Of a stretch of DNA of 64,000 nt, positions 26,715-37,115 are shown piece after piece. Location: the NCBI GenBank assembly GCA_002375895.1, contig DFND01000043.1, positions 4,033-68,032 on the forward strand, given 5' to 3'. The translations under genes and the position numbers were made by a program. Within the stretch, counting starts at the first letter, position 1; every line of letters starts with the position of its first letter. The notes under the pieces were generated by a model. It saw nothing but the letters and a program-made list of their open reading frames with translations, ran no database searches and was not told where the DNA came from. Origin of the DNA: Firmicutes bacterium UBA3576. GTDB taxonomy: Bacteria > Bacillota > Sulfobacillia > UBA3569.

Positions 26715-28447
26715 TGGCCATGACCGTCCCGGAGGAGTTCATTCGTCTTGGGGATATCGTCGCCGCCGCCCGCCTGACGGAGCGTCTGCGAGACCACCTC
26801 GGGAGGGCCCGCGGGGTGAGGCTCGGGGACACCGGGGTGATCAGCAATTTCGTTCACCTCACCAACCCCGCCGCGCCCGGCGTCGTACGCGTGCTCACCA
26901 AGGCCGATGCCGGGCGTGTCTTCTACCGCAGGCGGGAGAGAGGCCGGATCCTGCACCTCGATATCTTCCACGAGATCGCTTACGTGGACCACACGGCGGT
27001 GGCCGAGGCCTTGAAGCGGGCCGGTGCGGCCTTCGGGCGCCCTGCGCTCCTCGATAGGGTCGACCTTCAGACGGCGACCGGCGGCGGCCGGGTTACCGGT
27101 TCGCTCAACTACGGCCTCAAGCCCACCCTGCGCCGGGCACATCTGAGCCACGTGCACCTGGCCATGTTGTTGACCGAGGAGGAATACCCCTTCGTCTTCT
27201 ACTGTCTCCTGGCAGTGGAGAGGGAGATCCTGGCCCAGGGGTGGGAGCTGAGGGCCGTGGAGGCCGTGGTACACGACGCCAGCGAGGGGCGGACCGCGGA
27301 CCTGACCCCTTACTCCACCCCGTCCGATTCCCTCTTAAGGGGCGAGGGAGGCCAGCCGAAGGGACACGGGCCTATGCCGCCGGAGGACCTGTGGGAGATA
27401 GTCCAGGACCCGGATACGCTCAACCAGGTGTACTCGCTGGTGGAGGACAACCTGACCGCAGAAATGGACCAGCTGGCGGTGGATGATTCCGCCGCCGGCG
27501 GGGAGTTGCGGGAGGTCATCCGGAAACTGAAGGACCGTGGCTACCTCGAGCTCAGGGGCGGCCAGTATCAACTCACCGAGAGGGGCCGTGACCTCGTGGA
27601 GTACCTGCTGAACTACCGGCGCGAGGTGGAGATGGCCCTCCGGAAGATGATCAGGAGGCTCCCTCCCCTGACCACCGCCCGGCCCCGTGCTAGTAGCGGC
27701 GTCAGGGGTAAACGACGCCGCTGCCTCCGCTCCAGGACGGTTGAGGCGGCGGAGAAGGGGGCCTGGCTTGGTGACCTCGCCTGGCCGGAGACGGTGGTGG
27801 AGGCCATGGCCCGTCGACGCAGGGGACGGTTCTCACTGAGGAGGGAGGATATCAGGGTCTACGGTGGACGTGGTCCGGTCAGGGTAGATATCTGCCTGCT
27901 CCTGGACGCCAGCGCCAGCATGGCGGGCGAGCGGATCAGGGCTGCCAAGCACCTCGCGCGCCACCTGCTGTTCACCGGCCCGCAGAAGGTGGCGGTGGTG
28001 GCCTTTCAGGAGAGGGAGGTCAAGGTCTACGTCCCCTTCACCCGCAGCGCGGCCCTGCTGGACGAGGGGTTGCGCGCCATACGTCCCTTCGGCCTCACCC
28101 CCCTCGCCGAGGGGCTCTGGCGATGCTGCGAGCTCATCTCCTCTAGCCGCACGCGCAACGCCTTACTCCTGCTCATCACCGACGGCGTGCCTACGGTGCC
28201 CAAGTGGAGCGTAAACCCCATTGAGGATGCCCTTGAGGCGGGCCGTGAGCTCAGCAGGCGCAAGGTCAATTTCACGTGTATCGGCCTCGAGCCGAACAGG
28301 CAGTTCCTGAGGCAGCTCAGCGACCGCGCCGGCGGCCGCCTGTACATCGTGGACGAGCTGGAGAAGGATACCCTGGTGGCCATAGCCCACCGGGAGTGGA
28401 CGGGCCTCCTCGACCAGTCCCCCCGCAAGGCCGGTTCGAGGCCTTGA
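26711..28447 (+). CDS. vWA-domain protein (ChlD-like C-terminus) with a large uncharacterised N-terminal region
   Basis: C-terminal vWA domain with MIDAS motif DASASM...TPLAEGL...TDG; no AAA+ domain in the N-terminal roughly 390 aa; overlaps the upstream gene by 4 nt; 578 aa. Confidence 0.7.
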   Translation: MMAMTVPEEFIRLGDIVAAARLTERLRDHLGRARGVRLGDTGVISNFVHLTNPAAPGVVRVLTKADAGRVFYRRRERGRILHLDIFHEIAYVDHTAVAEALKRAGAAFGRPALLDRVDLQTATGGGRVTGSLNYGLKPTLRRAHLSHVHLAMLLTEEEYPFVFYCLLAVEREILAQGWELRAVEAVVHDASEGRTADLTPYSTPSDSLLRGEGGQPKGHGPMPPEDLWEIVQDPDTLNQVYSLVEDNLTAEMDQLAVDDSAAGGELREVIRKLKDRGYLELRGGQYQLTERGRDLVEYLLNYRREVEMALRKMIRRLPPLTTARPRASSGVRGKRRRCLRSRTVEAAEKGAWLGDLAWPETVVEAMARRRRGRFSLRREDIRVYGGRGPVRVDICLLLDASASMAGERIRAAKHLARHLLFTGPQKVAVVAFQEREVKVYVPFTRSAALLDEGLRAIRPFGLTPLAEGLWRCCELISSSRTRNALLLLITDGVPTVPKWSVNPIEDALEAGRELSRRKVNFTCIGLEPNRQFLRQLSDRAGGRLYIVDELEKDTLVAIAHREWTGLLDQSPRKAGSRP

Positions 28448-28515
28448 GCCCGCAGGAATTCCCCGACAGGCGACGAATACTAGGTGGTAAGGATAGCTAA
28501 GGGTGGGTTCTGAGC

Positions 28516-28926
28516 ATGTACCTGGCATTAGCGTTGGCCTTCGCCCTGCTCGTGGCGGTCTTCGCCGTCCAGAACGTAGATGTAGTGAACGTGCGGTTCT
28601 TCTCCTACCAGTTTGAGACCCCGCTGGTGCTGATCATCCTCGGGTCGGCCGCCGGGGGCGCGGTGATAGTTGGGGTGCTGGGCCTGGTGAAGCAGATAGG
28701 CATGAGCTTCAGGCTCTGGGAGGGCCAGTCCAGGCTCAAGAGGCTGGAGGGGGAGATCAAGACGTTGAAGGATAGGGAGGAGAAGCTCACGGGCGAACTG
28801 GCACAGGCCCGGGAACGCATTGAGGCCCTGGAGGCTGAAAACCAGAACCTGGAACAGGCCCTGGCCAAGCTCGGGGAGGAGAGGGATGCTATCCTCAAGG
28901 GCGTGGACGAGGCGGCAAGGTCGTAG
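28516..28926 (+). CDS. LapA-domain (DUF1049) membrane protein with a C-terminal coiled coil
   Basis: N-terminal two-TM LapA-like segment (LALAFALLVAVFAVQN...VNVRFF) followed by a heptad-rich region; 136 aa. Confidence 0.65.
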   Translation: MYLALALAFALLVAVFAVQNVDVVNVRFFSYQFETPLVLIILGSAAGGAVIVGVLGLVKQIGMSFRLWEGQSRLKRLEGEIKTLKDREEKLTGELAQARERIEALEAENQNLEQALAKLGEERDAILKGVDEAARS

Positions 28927-28937
28927 GGGCTTCTGAC

Positions 28938-28965
28938 GGCCGGGGTCTCTCTGCCGGCCTTTTTT
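28938..28965 (+). terminator. Intrinsic terminator
   Basis: GGCCGG-loop-CCGGCC followed by TTTTTT. Confidence 0.65.
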
Positions 28966-29004
28966 GTTGGTCTTGGCCGAGCGGGAGTTTTTTTCTTTTG
29001 GGGG

Positions 29005-31596
29005 TTGGTGGTGAAGATCGAGGATATCTTTCAGCTGGAGCGTCGATGTCGGTGGATCCGTAGGACGGGGCGGCCCGCGGACCCTCTGGTGACTGAACTG
29101 GGTCTTGGGAACCTCGCCGCGCGGGTCCTCGCGGCGAGGGGGTTTGCCGATCCGGAGGAGGCGGCGGCCTTTCTCGACCCCTCCCTGGATCGCCTGCACG
29201 ACCCCTTTTCTCTGTCGGGTATGACGGAGGCGGTGCGGCGACTGCTATCAGCCCTCGAGGCTGGGGAGAGGATCTGCGTTTACGGGGATTACGACGTGGA
29301 CGGCATCACCGCCACCGCCATCACCTTGAAGGTGTTAAAGCGCCTCGGGGCGTTGGTCGACTACTACCTCCCCAGCCGGCAGGGAGAAGGATACGGTTTA
29401 CACGCCGAAGCCCTAGAGAATCTGGCCCGGCGAGGGGTCGATCTGGTGCTGACGGTAGACTGCGGAGTCAGCGCCGTGGCCGAGGTGGCCAACTCGCCGG
29501 TGCCGGTGATCGTAACCGACCATCACCGTCCTGGGGACGAGCTACCTCCCGCCGTCGCAGTGGTCAACCCCCGCAGCGGGGGCGGTTACCCCTTCCGGGA
29601 CCTGGCGGGGGTGGGAGTGGCCTTCAAGCTAGCCCAAGCCCTGTGGCGAGAGGTGAGATCGGACGCGTTGCCGGAGGACCTCCTCTCGGAGGGATTGGCC
29701 CTGGCTGCCCTCGGCACGGTGGCCGACGTGGTTCCCCTGGTGGGGGAGAACCGCGTCCTCGTCAGCCAGGGCCTGGCGAGGATGCCGCAGGTACCCTCGC
29801 CCGGCCTGAGGGCGCTGGCCGCTGCGGCCGGGCTCGAGGCCCCGCGGCTGGAGGCCCGGCACCTGGCCTTCGTCCTGAGCCCGAGGCTCAACGCCGCGGG
29901 TCGCATCTCCGATCCTCGTGAGGCCCTGGAGCTATTGTTGACCGAGGACGAGGCGGAGGCCCGAAGGCTGGCGGCCTCCCTCGAGGAGCAGAACCGGCGG
30001 CGCAGGGAGCTCGAGGGCCAGGTGTTGGCACAGGCGAGGTCGGAGGCCTCAGCGCAGCTCGCCCGCGGTCGTTATACCCTGGTGGTGGCCGGTGAGGGCT
30101 GGCACCCCGGGGTGATAGGTATAGTGGCCTCACGCTTGGTGGACGAGTTCTCCCGCCCGGCGGTGGTCATCAGCCTCGAGGGAGACGTCGCCAGGGGTTC
30201 GGCCCGGGGCATCGCGGGCTTCGATGTCTACGAGGCGCTCGCGGCCTGTGCTGACCACCTGGTGGAGTTCGGGGGCCACGCTGGGGCCGGTGGCATGACC
30301 CTGGTCCGGGAGAAGGTACGGGAGTTCGCCGACGCCATCGAGGAGTACGCCCGGGGCGTTCTCGAGCCGGGCGACCTGGTGCCGGCTGTCGAGGTGGACG
30401 CCCGCGTCGACCTCTCCGACGTTACCCTGGAGGCGGTGCGGGAGCTGGAGGCGTTGGCGCCCTTCGGGTACGGTAACCCGCGTCCGGTTATAGAGATAGC
30501 GGGCGTCAGGGTGGTGACCAGTAGGAAGGTCGGTGGCGGGGAGCACATCAGGGCGTCTCTCGCCGACGGGCGCGGCGGGACCCTGCAGGTGGTGGGGTTC
30601 GGGATGGGCGACCGCGCGCATTCGCTGGCGCGCGGCCGGGTGGTCGACGTGGTGGGATACCTCGAGGTCGACGAATGGCAGGGCCGCTACTCGGTGCAGC
30701 TCTCCCTGCTCGACATCGCGGGCTCCGAGAGGACCTACGCCAGGATGGCCGCCCTGCTCAAGGGCCTGCGGCACGACCTCAGGGGCCTGCCGCCGGAGGA
30801 TGCGGGCGCGGTGTTGTCCCTGCTGGAGGGGGTGCTCACCGGTCGCAACGTCGGGGTGCCCTGGAAGGGGCGGGGCGAGGTGACCAGGACGGTGGTCGCC
30901 ATGGCCCTGCTCGCGCGGAGCTTGGAGAAGAGGCTGGCCTTCTTCGTGAGGCGCTCCGCGGACGCTCTTTCCTGGCACGGGGCCCTCACCCGGGCCCTAC
31001 GGGAGCACGGGTTGCGTTGCGGCCTGCTGCTGCCCGCTGGTGTCGCGGCCTGGCTCGATTCAGCCCCTCGGCCTGAGGGTGAGGTGCTGGTAGCAGTTCC
31101 CGCGATGTTGAGAGAAGATCCCGCGTGGGTTATACTGGGAGAGGCAGGGGCTCTGGGGTTAAGGGGCACAGCCCTCGTGCTGTTGTCCGATGCCGGGGAG
31201 CCCTCATACCAGCTGGTTGGCGAGGACGAGCCCTCAGCGGCGGCCGGCGAAGGGGTGCCATCGACCGGTCGCAGGGGCCTGGACGTGCCCGACCGCACCA
31301 GCCTGGCCAGGGTCTTTCGCTTCCTGCGCGACAGGCTGCCCGGATGGCAGTCGTGGGAGTCTCTCGGGGACAGGGTCGCCGCCGGGACGGGCATGAGCAG
31401 GAGGCTGGCCGTGGCTCACCTGTGGGTGCTGCGGGAGCTCGAGCTTCTGGAGTGCGCCCCCTCGCGGGACGGGTTGCGGGTTCGTCTGGTCACGGCGAAG
31501 AGGAAGAGGGACCTCATGGAGAGCGTATCCTTCAGGCAGTTCGTTCTGGAGAGGGAGCACGGGGACAAGGAGGCCTCGCTCTCGGGCGGGGCGTGA
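29005..31596 (+). CDS. recJ: Single-stranded-DNA-specific exonuclease RecJ (with extended C-terminal region)
   Basis: DHH motifs (YGDYDVDGITA, VDCG, VTDHH) and a DHHA1 domain; 863 aa; TTG start per the ORF track. Confidence 0.85.
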   Translation: MVVKIEDIFQLERRCRWIRRTGRPADPLVTELGLGNLAARVLAARGFADPEEAAAFLDPSLDRLHDPFSLSGMTEAVRRLLSALEAGERICVYGDYDVDGITATAITLKVLKRLGALVDYYLPSRQGEGYGLHAEALENLARRGVDLVLTVDCGVSAVAEVANSPVPVIVTDHHRPGDELPPAVAVVNPRSGGGYPFRDLAGVGVAFKLAQALWREVRSDALPEDLLSEGLALAALGTVADVVPLVGENRVLVSQGLARMPQVPSPGLRALAAAAGLEAPRLEARHLAFVLSPRLNAAGRISDPREALELLLTEDEAEARRLAASLEEQNRRRRELEGQVLAQARSEASAQLARGRYTLVVAGEGWHPGVIGIVASRLVDEFSRPAVVISLEGDVARGSARGIAGFDVYEALAACADHLVEFGGHAGAGGMTLVREKVREFADAIEEYARGVLEPGDLVPAVEVDARVDLSDVTLEAVRELEALAPFGYGNPRPVIEIAGVRVVTSRKVGGGEHIRASLADGRGGTLQVVGFGMGDRAHSLARGRVVDVVGYLEVDEWQGRYSVQLSLLDIAGSERTYARMAALLKGLRHDLRGLPPEDAGAVLSLLEGVLTGRNVGVPWKGRGEVTRTVVAMALLARSLEKRLAFFVRRSADALSWHGALTRALREHGLRCGLLLPAGVAAWLDSAPRPEGEVLVAVPAMLREDPAWVILGEAGALGLRGTALVLLSDAGEPSYQLVGEDEPSAAAGEGVPSTGRRGLDVPDRTSLARVFRFLRDRLPGWQSWESLGDRVAAGTGMSRRLAVAHLWVLRELELLECAPSRDGLRVRLVTAKRKRDLMESVSFRQFVLEREHGDKEASLSGGA

Positions 31597-31613
31597 GGTA
31601 AGGGGGGACTTTT

Positions 31614-32126
31614 ATGGACCTGAAGTCGCTAATCAGGGAGATTCCGGACTTTCCGGAGCCGGGGATCAGCTTCAAGGACATCACGACCTTGCTTAAGGAC
31701 GGGCGTGCCCTGCGGGAGGCCATCGATAGGCTCGCCGAGGCCTGTCGGGGATACGAGGCCGAGGTGGTGGTGGGGCCGGAGGCCAGGGGCTTTATAATCG
31801 GCGCCCCTCTGGCCTACGAGCTGGGCCTGGGCTTCGTGCCCGTCAGGAAGGCGGGTAAGCTGCCCGCGGAGACCGTACGGGGGGAGTACGAGCTCGAGTA
31901 CGGCAAGAGCGTCCTGGAGATCCACAGGGATGCCGTCAGGCCGGGCCAGAAGGTCCTCGTGGTCGACGACCTGCTCGCGACCGGCGGGACCATAGGCGCG
32001 ACCATCGACCTGGTCGAGGAGCTGGGCGGCGAGGTGGTGGCCGTGGCCTTCCTCATCGAGCTCACTTACCTGCCGGGTCGTGAGAACTTGAAGAGCAGAG
32101 AAGTGATCTCAGTGATAAAGTATTAG
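31614..32126 (+). CDS. apt: Adenine phosphoribosyltransferase
   Basis: PRPP-binding motif [13 protein letters not shown]; 170 aa; conserved recJ-apt-relA order. Confidence 0.92.
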   Translation: MDLKSLIREIPDFPEPGISFKDITTLLKDGRALREAIDRLAEACRGYEAEVVVGPEARGFIIGAPLAYELGLGFVPVRKAGKLPAETVRGEYELEYGKSVLEIHRDAVRPGQKVLVVDDLLATGGTIGATIDLVEELGGEVVAVAFLIELTYLPGRENLKSREVISVIKY

Positions 32127-32178
32127 TGAAGGCGTTTCTAGTTCCGGTGGACGCCCCGCTCCAAGCGGGGTTCTACAG

Positions 32179-34371
32179 TTGGCTCGGGGAGGGCGACTTT
32201 TGGACGTGGCGCTCCTGAAGGCGGAGATAGAGAAATATACGCAGGATGCGGACCTCGGGCTCATCGAGAAGGCCTACAAGTTCGCCAGGTTGGCCCATCA
32301 GGGCCAGAAGCGTGCCTCGGGAGAGGATTTCATAGAACATCCCCTGGCGGTGGCCGGGATCCTGGCGGGCCTCGAGCTCGACGTGATAACTATAGCGGCA
32401 GCGGTGTTACACGACGTCGTGGAGGATACCCCGGTTACCCTGGAGCAGGTTCGTGCGGAGTTCGGGGACGAGATCGCCCTCCTGGTGGACGGGGTCACCA
32501 AACTGAGCAGGTTGGAGTACCGGTCGCGTGAGGAGGAGCAGGTGGAGAACCTGCGCAAGATGTTTCTGGCCATGGCCAGGGACATCAGGGTGGTGCTGAT
32601 ACGGCTGGCCGACCGACTGCACAACCTGCGAACGCTCCAGTACCTCTCGGAGGAAAAACAGAGGGAGGTCGCCCGGGAGACGCTGGAGGTCTTCGCTCCC
32701 CTCGCCCACCGGCTGGGGATGTTCCGCATAAAGTCGGAGATGGAGGACCTGGCCCTGGCCTGTCTCGAGCCGGAGAAGTTCAACGAGATCAAGCGATTGG
32801 TCAGCCTGCGGCGCAAGCAGCGGGAGAGCTACATTGAACGGGTCATCGGTATCCTCAGGGAGCACCTGGCCCGCGTCGGTGTGAAGGCCGATATCCGGGG
32901 CCGTCCCAAGCACTATTACAGCATCTACAAGAAGATGTACGAACAGGGCCGTGACTTCTCGGAGATCTACGACCTGATCGCCGTCAGGATCATCGTGGAC
33001 ACGGTGAAGGACTGTTACGGGGCCCTGGGCGTAGTGCATACCCTCTGGAAGCCCATTCCCGGTCGCTTCAAGGACTTCATAGCCATGCCCAAGAGCAACA
33101 TGTACCAGTCTCTGCACACCAGCGTCATCGGGCCAGAGGGAGAGCCTTTCGAGATCCAGATCCGCACCTGGGAGATGCACCGGACGGCTGAATACGGGAT
33201 CGCCGCCCATTGGAAGTACAAGGAGGGCCGGACCGACCCGGACCTCGATGAGAAGCTGTCCTGGCTGAGGCAGATCCTGGACTGGCAGCAGGACCTGCGC
33301 GATGCCAGGGAGTTCATGGAGTCTCTGCGCATAGACCTCTTCGAGGACGAGGTCTTCGTCTTCACGCCCAAGGGCGACGTCATCGACCTCCCGGCCGGCT
33401 CCAACCCGGTGGACTTCGCCTACCGCATCCACACCGATATCGGTCACCGGTGCGTGGGGGCGAAGGTCAACGGCCGCATCGTCCCGCTGGATTACACGCT
33501 CAAGAACGGGGATATAGTGGAGATCTTGACCAGCAAGCAGAGCAGCGGGCCCAGCGCCGATTGGCTCAAGATGGTCAAGACCTCCAGCGCGAAGAACAAG
33601 ATCCGGCAGTGGTTCAAGCGGGAGAAGAGGGCCGAGAACCTGGAGAAGGGCCGCGAGGCGCTGGAGAGGGAGATCGCCAGGCACGGCTTCGAGCCCCACG
33701 AGCTGATGCGCGAGGAGTGGCTTGACGAGGTCAAGCGGCGGTTCAACTTTCAGACCACCGACGACCTGCTGGTGGCGGTGGGTTACGGCGGGGTCACCGC
33801 CCAGCACGTCGTGGCCAGGCTGCTCAACGAGTACCGCAAGCAGGCCCAGGAACAGGAGGCTGCGCTGGAGGAGCTGGCCAAGGAGTCCCGTTGGGAGGGC
33901 TACGGGGAGCCCACCGAAGGGGTGCGCATCAAGGGCGTGGACAACGTCCTGGTCCGCTTCGCCCGCTGCTGCAACCCCATCCCAGGCGACCCGATAATCG
34001 GGTACGTTACCCGCGGCAGGGGCGTTTCCGTCCACCGCCTCGACTGTCCGAACATGGCCGCGGCGCTCAAGGACAAGCAGGAGCGGCTCATCGAGGTGGC
34101 CTGGGACCGGGCGGATTCCCTGTTCTATCCCGTCCGGGTCAAGATCGATGCCATCGACCGGCCCGGGCTGATGTCCGACGTCCTGTACGTGATAGCGGAG
34201 GGTAAGACCAACATCCTATCGGCCCGTGCGGGAGCCGACAACGGAGCCGCTGTGATCGAGCTCGTGTTGGAGATCAGGGACCTCGAGCACCTGGAGCGGC
34301 TTGTGGACAGGATAAAGAGGGTGCGAGACGTGGTCGATGTTCGCCGCACGGCCAGGGAGACGATGAGATAG
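32179..34371 (+). CDS. relA: Bifunctional (p)ppGpp synthetase/hydrolase RelA/SpoT
   Basis: HD hydrolase domain (HPLAVAGIL...HDVVEDT), synthetase domain, TGS and ACT domains; 730 aa. Confidence 0.93.
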   Translation: MARGGRLLDVALLKAEIEKYTQDADLGLIEKAYKFARLAHQGQKRASGEDFIEHPLAVAGILAGLELDVITIAAAVLHDVVEDTPVTLEQVRAEFGDEIALLVDGVTKLSRLEYRSREEEQVENLRKMFLAMARDIRVVLIRLADRLHNLRTLQYLSEEKQREVARETLEVFAPLAHRLGMFRIKSEMEDLALACLEPEKFNEIKRLVSLRRKQRESYIERVIGILREHLARVGVKADIRGRPKHYYSIYKKMYEQGRDFSEIYDLIAVRIIVDTVKDCYGALGVVHTLWKPIPGRFKDFIAMPKSNMYQSLHTSVIGPEGEPFEIQIRTWEMHRTAEYGIAAHWKYKEGRTDPDLDEKLSWLRQILDWQQDLRDAREFMESLRIDLFEDEVFVFTPKGDVIDLPAGSNPVDFAYRIHTDIGHRCVGAKVNGRIVPLDYTLKNGDIVEILTSKQSSGPSADWLKMVKTSSAKNKIRQWFKREKRAENLEKGREALEREIARHGFEPHELMREEWLDEVKRRFNFQTTDDLLVAVGYGGVTAQHVVARLLNEYRKQAQEQEAALEELAKESRWEGYGEPTEGVRIKGVDNVLVRFARCCNPIPGDPIIGYVTRGRGVSVHRLDCPNMAAALKDKQERLIEVAWDRADSLFYPVRVKIDAIDRPGLMSDVLYVIAEGKTNILSARAGADNGAAVIELVLEIRDLEHLERLVDRIKRVRDVVDVRRTARETMR

Positions 34372-34382
34372 GCGGGAGGCGT

Positions 34383-34832
34383 ATGCGAGCGGTTGTTCAG
34401 CGGGTGAGGAGAGGTGCGGTAGAGGTGGACGGCCGTGTGGTGAGCAGCATAGGCCGCGGAGTGGTCGTCCTCCTGGGCGTGGGCGAGGGGGATACTGAGG
34501 AGGACGTGACCTACATGGTCGATAAAGTCGCCAACCTCAGGATCTTCCCGGACGATGAGGGCAGGATGAACCGGTCCCTCGTCGACGTGGGCGGCGAGGC
34601 CCTCGTGGTGTCCCAGTTCACCCTTTACGGGGACGTGCGCAGGGGAAGGAGGCCCAGCTTCACCGGAGCCGCTCCCCCGGACCGCGCCCGGGATTTATAC
34701 CAGGAATTCTGTAACCGGCTCGGCGATGCCGGCGTCAGGGTGGCCACGGGCGAGTTCCGGGCCATGATGCTGGTGAAGATCGACAACGACGGGCCGGTAA
34801 CCATCCTCATCGACAGCGAGAAGAATTTCTAG
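34383..34832 (+). CDS. dtd: D-aminoacyl-tRNA deacylase
   Basis: MRAVVQRV... and SQFTLYGD motifs; 149 aa. Confidence 0.92.
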   Translation: MRAVVQRVRRGAVEVDGRVVSSIGRGVVVLLGVGEGDTEEDVTYMVDKVANLRIFPDDEGRMNRSLVDVGGEALVVSQFTLYGDVRRGRRPSFTGAAPPDRARDLYQEFCNRLGDAGVRVATGEFRAMMLVKIDNDGPVTILIDSEKNF

Positions 34833-34844
34833 GGGGTCGGTAGG

Positions 34845-35462
34845 TTGAAGGTCCGTATCTTGCCCGTGGGGCCACTTTTCGCCAACTGTTACATATTGAC
34901 CTGTGAGGAGATCAAGGAGGCTGTCATAATCGATCCCGGCGGGGACGCCGACTACATCTTGAGAGAGGTCAAGCGCTTGAGGGTCGACGTGAAGGCCGTC
35001 ATCAACACGCATGGGCACGTTGACCACATAGCGGCCGACGAGCCGGTGATCAAGGCCACGGGAGCCAAGCTGATGATTCACGAGGACGACGCCGCCATGT
35101 TGAAGAGCCCGGCCCGCAACCTGTCGTTGCTCGGCGGGGTCCCCTTGCCTCCCCTTAAGGCCGATCGACTGCTGCAGGACGGCGACACCGTCGCCTTCGG
35201 CAGCGAGGCCCTCGAGGTCATACATACCCCCGGACACACCCCCGGTGGGATCTGCCTCCTGGCTGATGACATCGTCTTTACAGGTGATACCCTCTTCGCC
35301 AAGGGGATCGGGCGTACGGACTTCCCGGGTGGATCCTACGAGACGCTTCTCAGGTCTATCAGGGAACGTCTCTTGACGTTGCCCGACGATACGCGGGTCT
35401 ATCCCGGGCACGGCCCACCGACCACCATCGGACAAGAGCGGCTGGGGAACCCCTATCTCTAG
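34845..35462 (+). CDS. MBL-fold metallo-hydrolase (glyoxalase II-like)
   Basis: THGHVDH metal-binding motif; 205 aa. Confidence 0.85.
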   Translation: MKVRILPVGPLFANCYILTCEEIKEAVIIDPGGDADYILREVKRLRVDVKAVINTHGHVDHIAADEPVIKATGAKLMIHEDDAAMLKSPARNLSLLGGVPLPPLKADRLLQDGDTVAFGSEALEVIHTPGHTPGGICLLADDIVFTGDTLFAKGIGRTDFPGGSYETLLRSIRERLLTLPDDTRVYPGHGPPTTIGQERLGNPYL

Positions 35463-36970
35463 AACCTCAGGACCTGTGGCAGGAAGTCCAGCACGGCCCT
35501 CATCATTACCCCGGCGTAGAGGTTCTCCGTGCGCCAAACCAGATAACCGACGAGGAAGGTGCTGATGGGCACGACGACGAGTCCTTCGATCAGAAGCGGG
35601 GTGAGCTCGCCCTGCCAGAGGAGTAGGTGGGGCAGTACCGACAGCACGCCGAAGAGGGGCGGCGTGATCAACAGCCCCGGCACCGGGCCCAGGATCCTCT
35701 GAAAGATGACCTGCACGAAGCCCTGTTGGTAGAGGGTCTTGAAGAGCGAGGTCAGGAAGAAGGAGCCGAGGAAGCGCAGGGCCAGGCTCGCCGGGTCATC
35801 GACGAGTACCTCCCGCGGGTAGCTCAAGGTGAGCGAGAAGACGGCTATTATCCCCACCAGGGCCCCCACTAGCAGCCCCCTAAAGGAGTTCAAGGTCGTC
35901 AGGCCCACATCGCGCGGGCGGCCGCCAGAACGCCACACGTACCACCCTATGAGGCCGCCGAAGAAGAGGTGGAGGTAGAGCAGCCACGGCCCCTCGTACT
36001 CCCGGCTGTAGGTGTAGTATCGGACCACGCCCTCTAGGGCTATCAAGGTCAGGGCGAAGAGGACGAATCGCCCCATACCTCGGCAGTCCCTCACGTCCCA
36101 CACCCCCCGCCGCGGCAGGTCGATGGTGAGGGCGAACACCAGCAAGACCAGGAAGACGGCCATGACTCCGAAAACGGCCACGCTCGCCGGGACCAGGGCC
36201 TGCTCCGGGACCGGGTACAGGAGCTCTTCCGCGAGGCGAGCCTGGGGGTTGGCGAAGCGGACGGTCTTCCCGCCGAGGTCGACGAAGGTCAGGCTTATGG
36301 CCCGGCCCTCCTCATAGTGCACGGTGCCCAGCCCCTCTCCCCTCATATCCAGGAAGAAGTATATCGGTCGGTAGAACAAGAGGCGGTGCAGGCCGAAGGC
36401 CTCGATATTGGGCCCCAGGGGCTTTATGTCGTGCAGGAAGGCCTTGGCCTCCTCCAGCACCTCCGCGGTCGGCTGAACAGGGGTGGCCTCCAGGCGATAG
36501 CGCATCTCCTCGATCTCCTGATAGGAGCCCGGGATGAAGACGGCCGAGAGCCGGTCGGTGATGGCGCCCCTGCCGAAGTCACGTTGTACCTCCTGGCGGA
36601 TCTCCTGCGGCGGGCGGAAGGTGTAGCTGCCCGGGCCTAAGAGCACCGCACCGAATACGTCGCTCCCGTTGTAAACTGGGAAGAGCAGCGCCGGCTCAGG
36701 GTCGCCGCTGATACGTATCTCGAGGTAGTCGTTCACGAACTCGAATCTGTGGAAGGCGAAGGCCTCTTGACCCAGCCGCACCTCTTGCAGGGTCCCCACC
36801 GCCTGGGGAGAAGTTGCGAAGAACACCAGGGCGGCCGTGCCGAGGAAACATATGGCCAGAATGGTCCAAAATAGGATTCCCAAGTAGTTGTGTCTTAGGC
36901 TGTGGATGGTGGAGAGCAACGACATTCCCCCTTCGTTAATACACGCTAGTAGCTCTTCGACGGCGCTCAC
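35459..36970 (-). CDS. Hypothetical polytopic membrane protein (possibly a degenerate CPBP/Abi-like C-terminal domain)
   Basis: 503 aa: N-terminal TM, a soluble segment of about 250 aa, then 6 or more TM helices. CPBP-like motif positions are present but the catalytic residues are not conserved. Confidence 0.4.
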   Translation of the reverse strand: MSAVEELLACINEGGMSLLSTIHSLRHNYLGILFWTILAICFLGTAALVFFATSPQAVGTLQEVRLGQEAFAFHRFEFVNDYLEIRISGDPEPALLFPVYNGSDVFGAVLLGPGSYTFRPPQEIRQEVQRDFGRGAITDRLSAVFIPGSYQEIEEMRYRLEATPVQPTAEVLEEAKAFLHDIKPLGPNIEAFGLHRLLFYRPIYFFLDMRGEGLGTVHYEEGRAISLTFVDLGGKTVRFANPQARLAEELLYPVPEQALVPASVAVFGVMAVFLVLLVFALTIDLPRRGVWDVRDCRGMGRFVLFALTLIALEGVVRYYTYSREYEGPWLLYLHLFFGGLIGWYVWRSGGRPRDVGLTTLNSFRGLLVGALVGIIAVFSLTLSYPREVLVDDPASLALRFLGSFFLTSLFKTLYQQGFVQVIFQRILGPVPGLLITPPLFGVLSVLPHLLLWQGELTPLLIEGLVVVPISTFLVGYLVWRTENLYAGVMMRAVLDFLPQVLRF

Positions 36971-37115
36971 GGCAAATCCTCCGCTGAGAGGCGGTGACCG
37001 GGGCCGATTATTTACTACGCTCGTCCTTGCAAGGGATTTTCCGGAGCGTTTGACAAGGCGTTCGAAAAGTGGGTAACATTTAAACGTTGGAAAGTCAGGA
37101 TGGGAGGGCGTTCAC

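Noticed and set aside
29005-31596. RecJ fused to an extra C-terminal protein (length 863 aa versus about 780 typical)
   Set aside because: The C-terminal about 250 aa are Ala/Leu/Arg/Gly-rich without detectable motifs, and there is no internal RBS or start signal suggesting a separate gene. It is treated as a lineage-specific extension. A frameshift artefact cannot be excluded without reads.
36971-37115. T-box leader upstream of hisS
   Set aside because: The region is only about 145 nt. It has no AAUUAGGGUGGUACC-like T-box sequence and no terminator or antiterminator pair.
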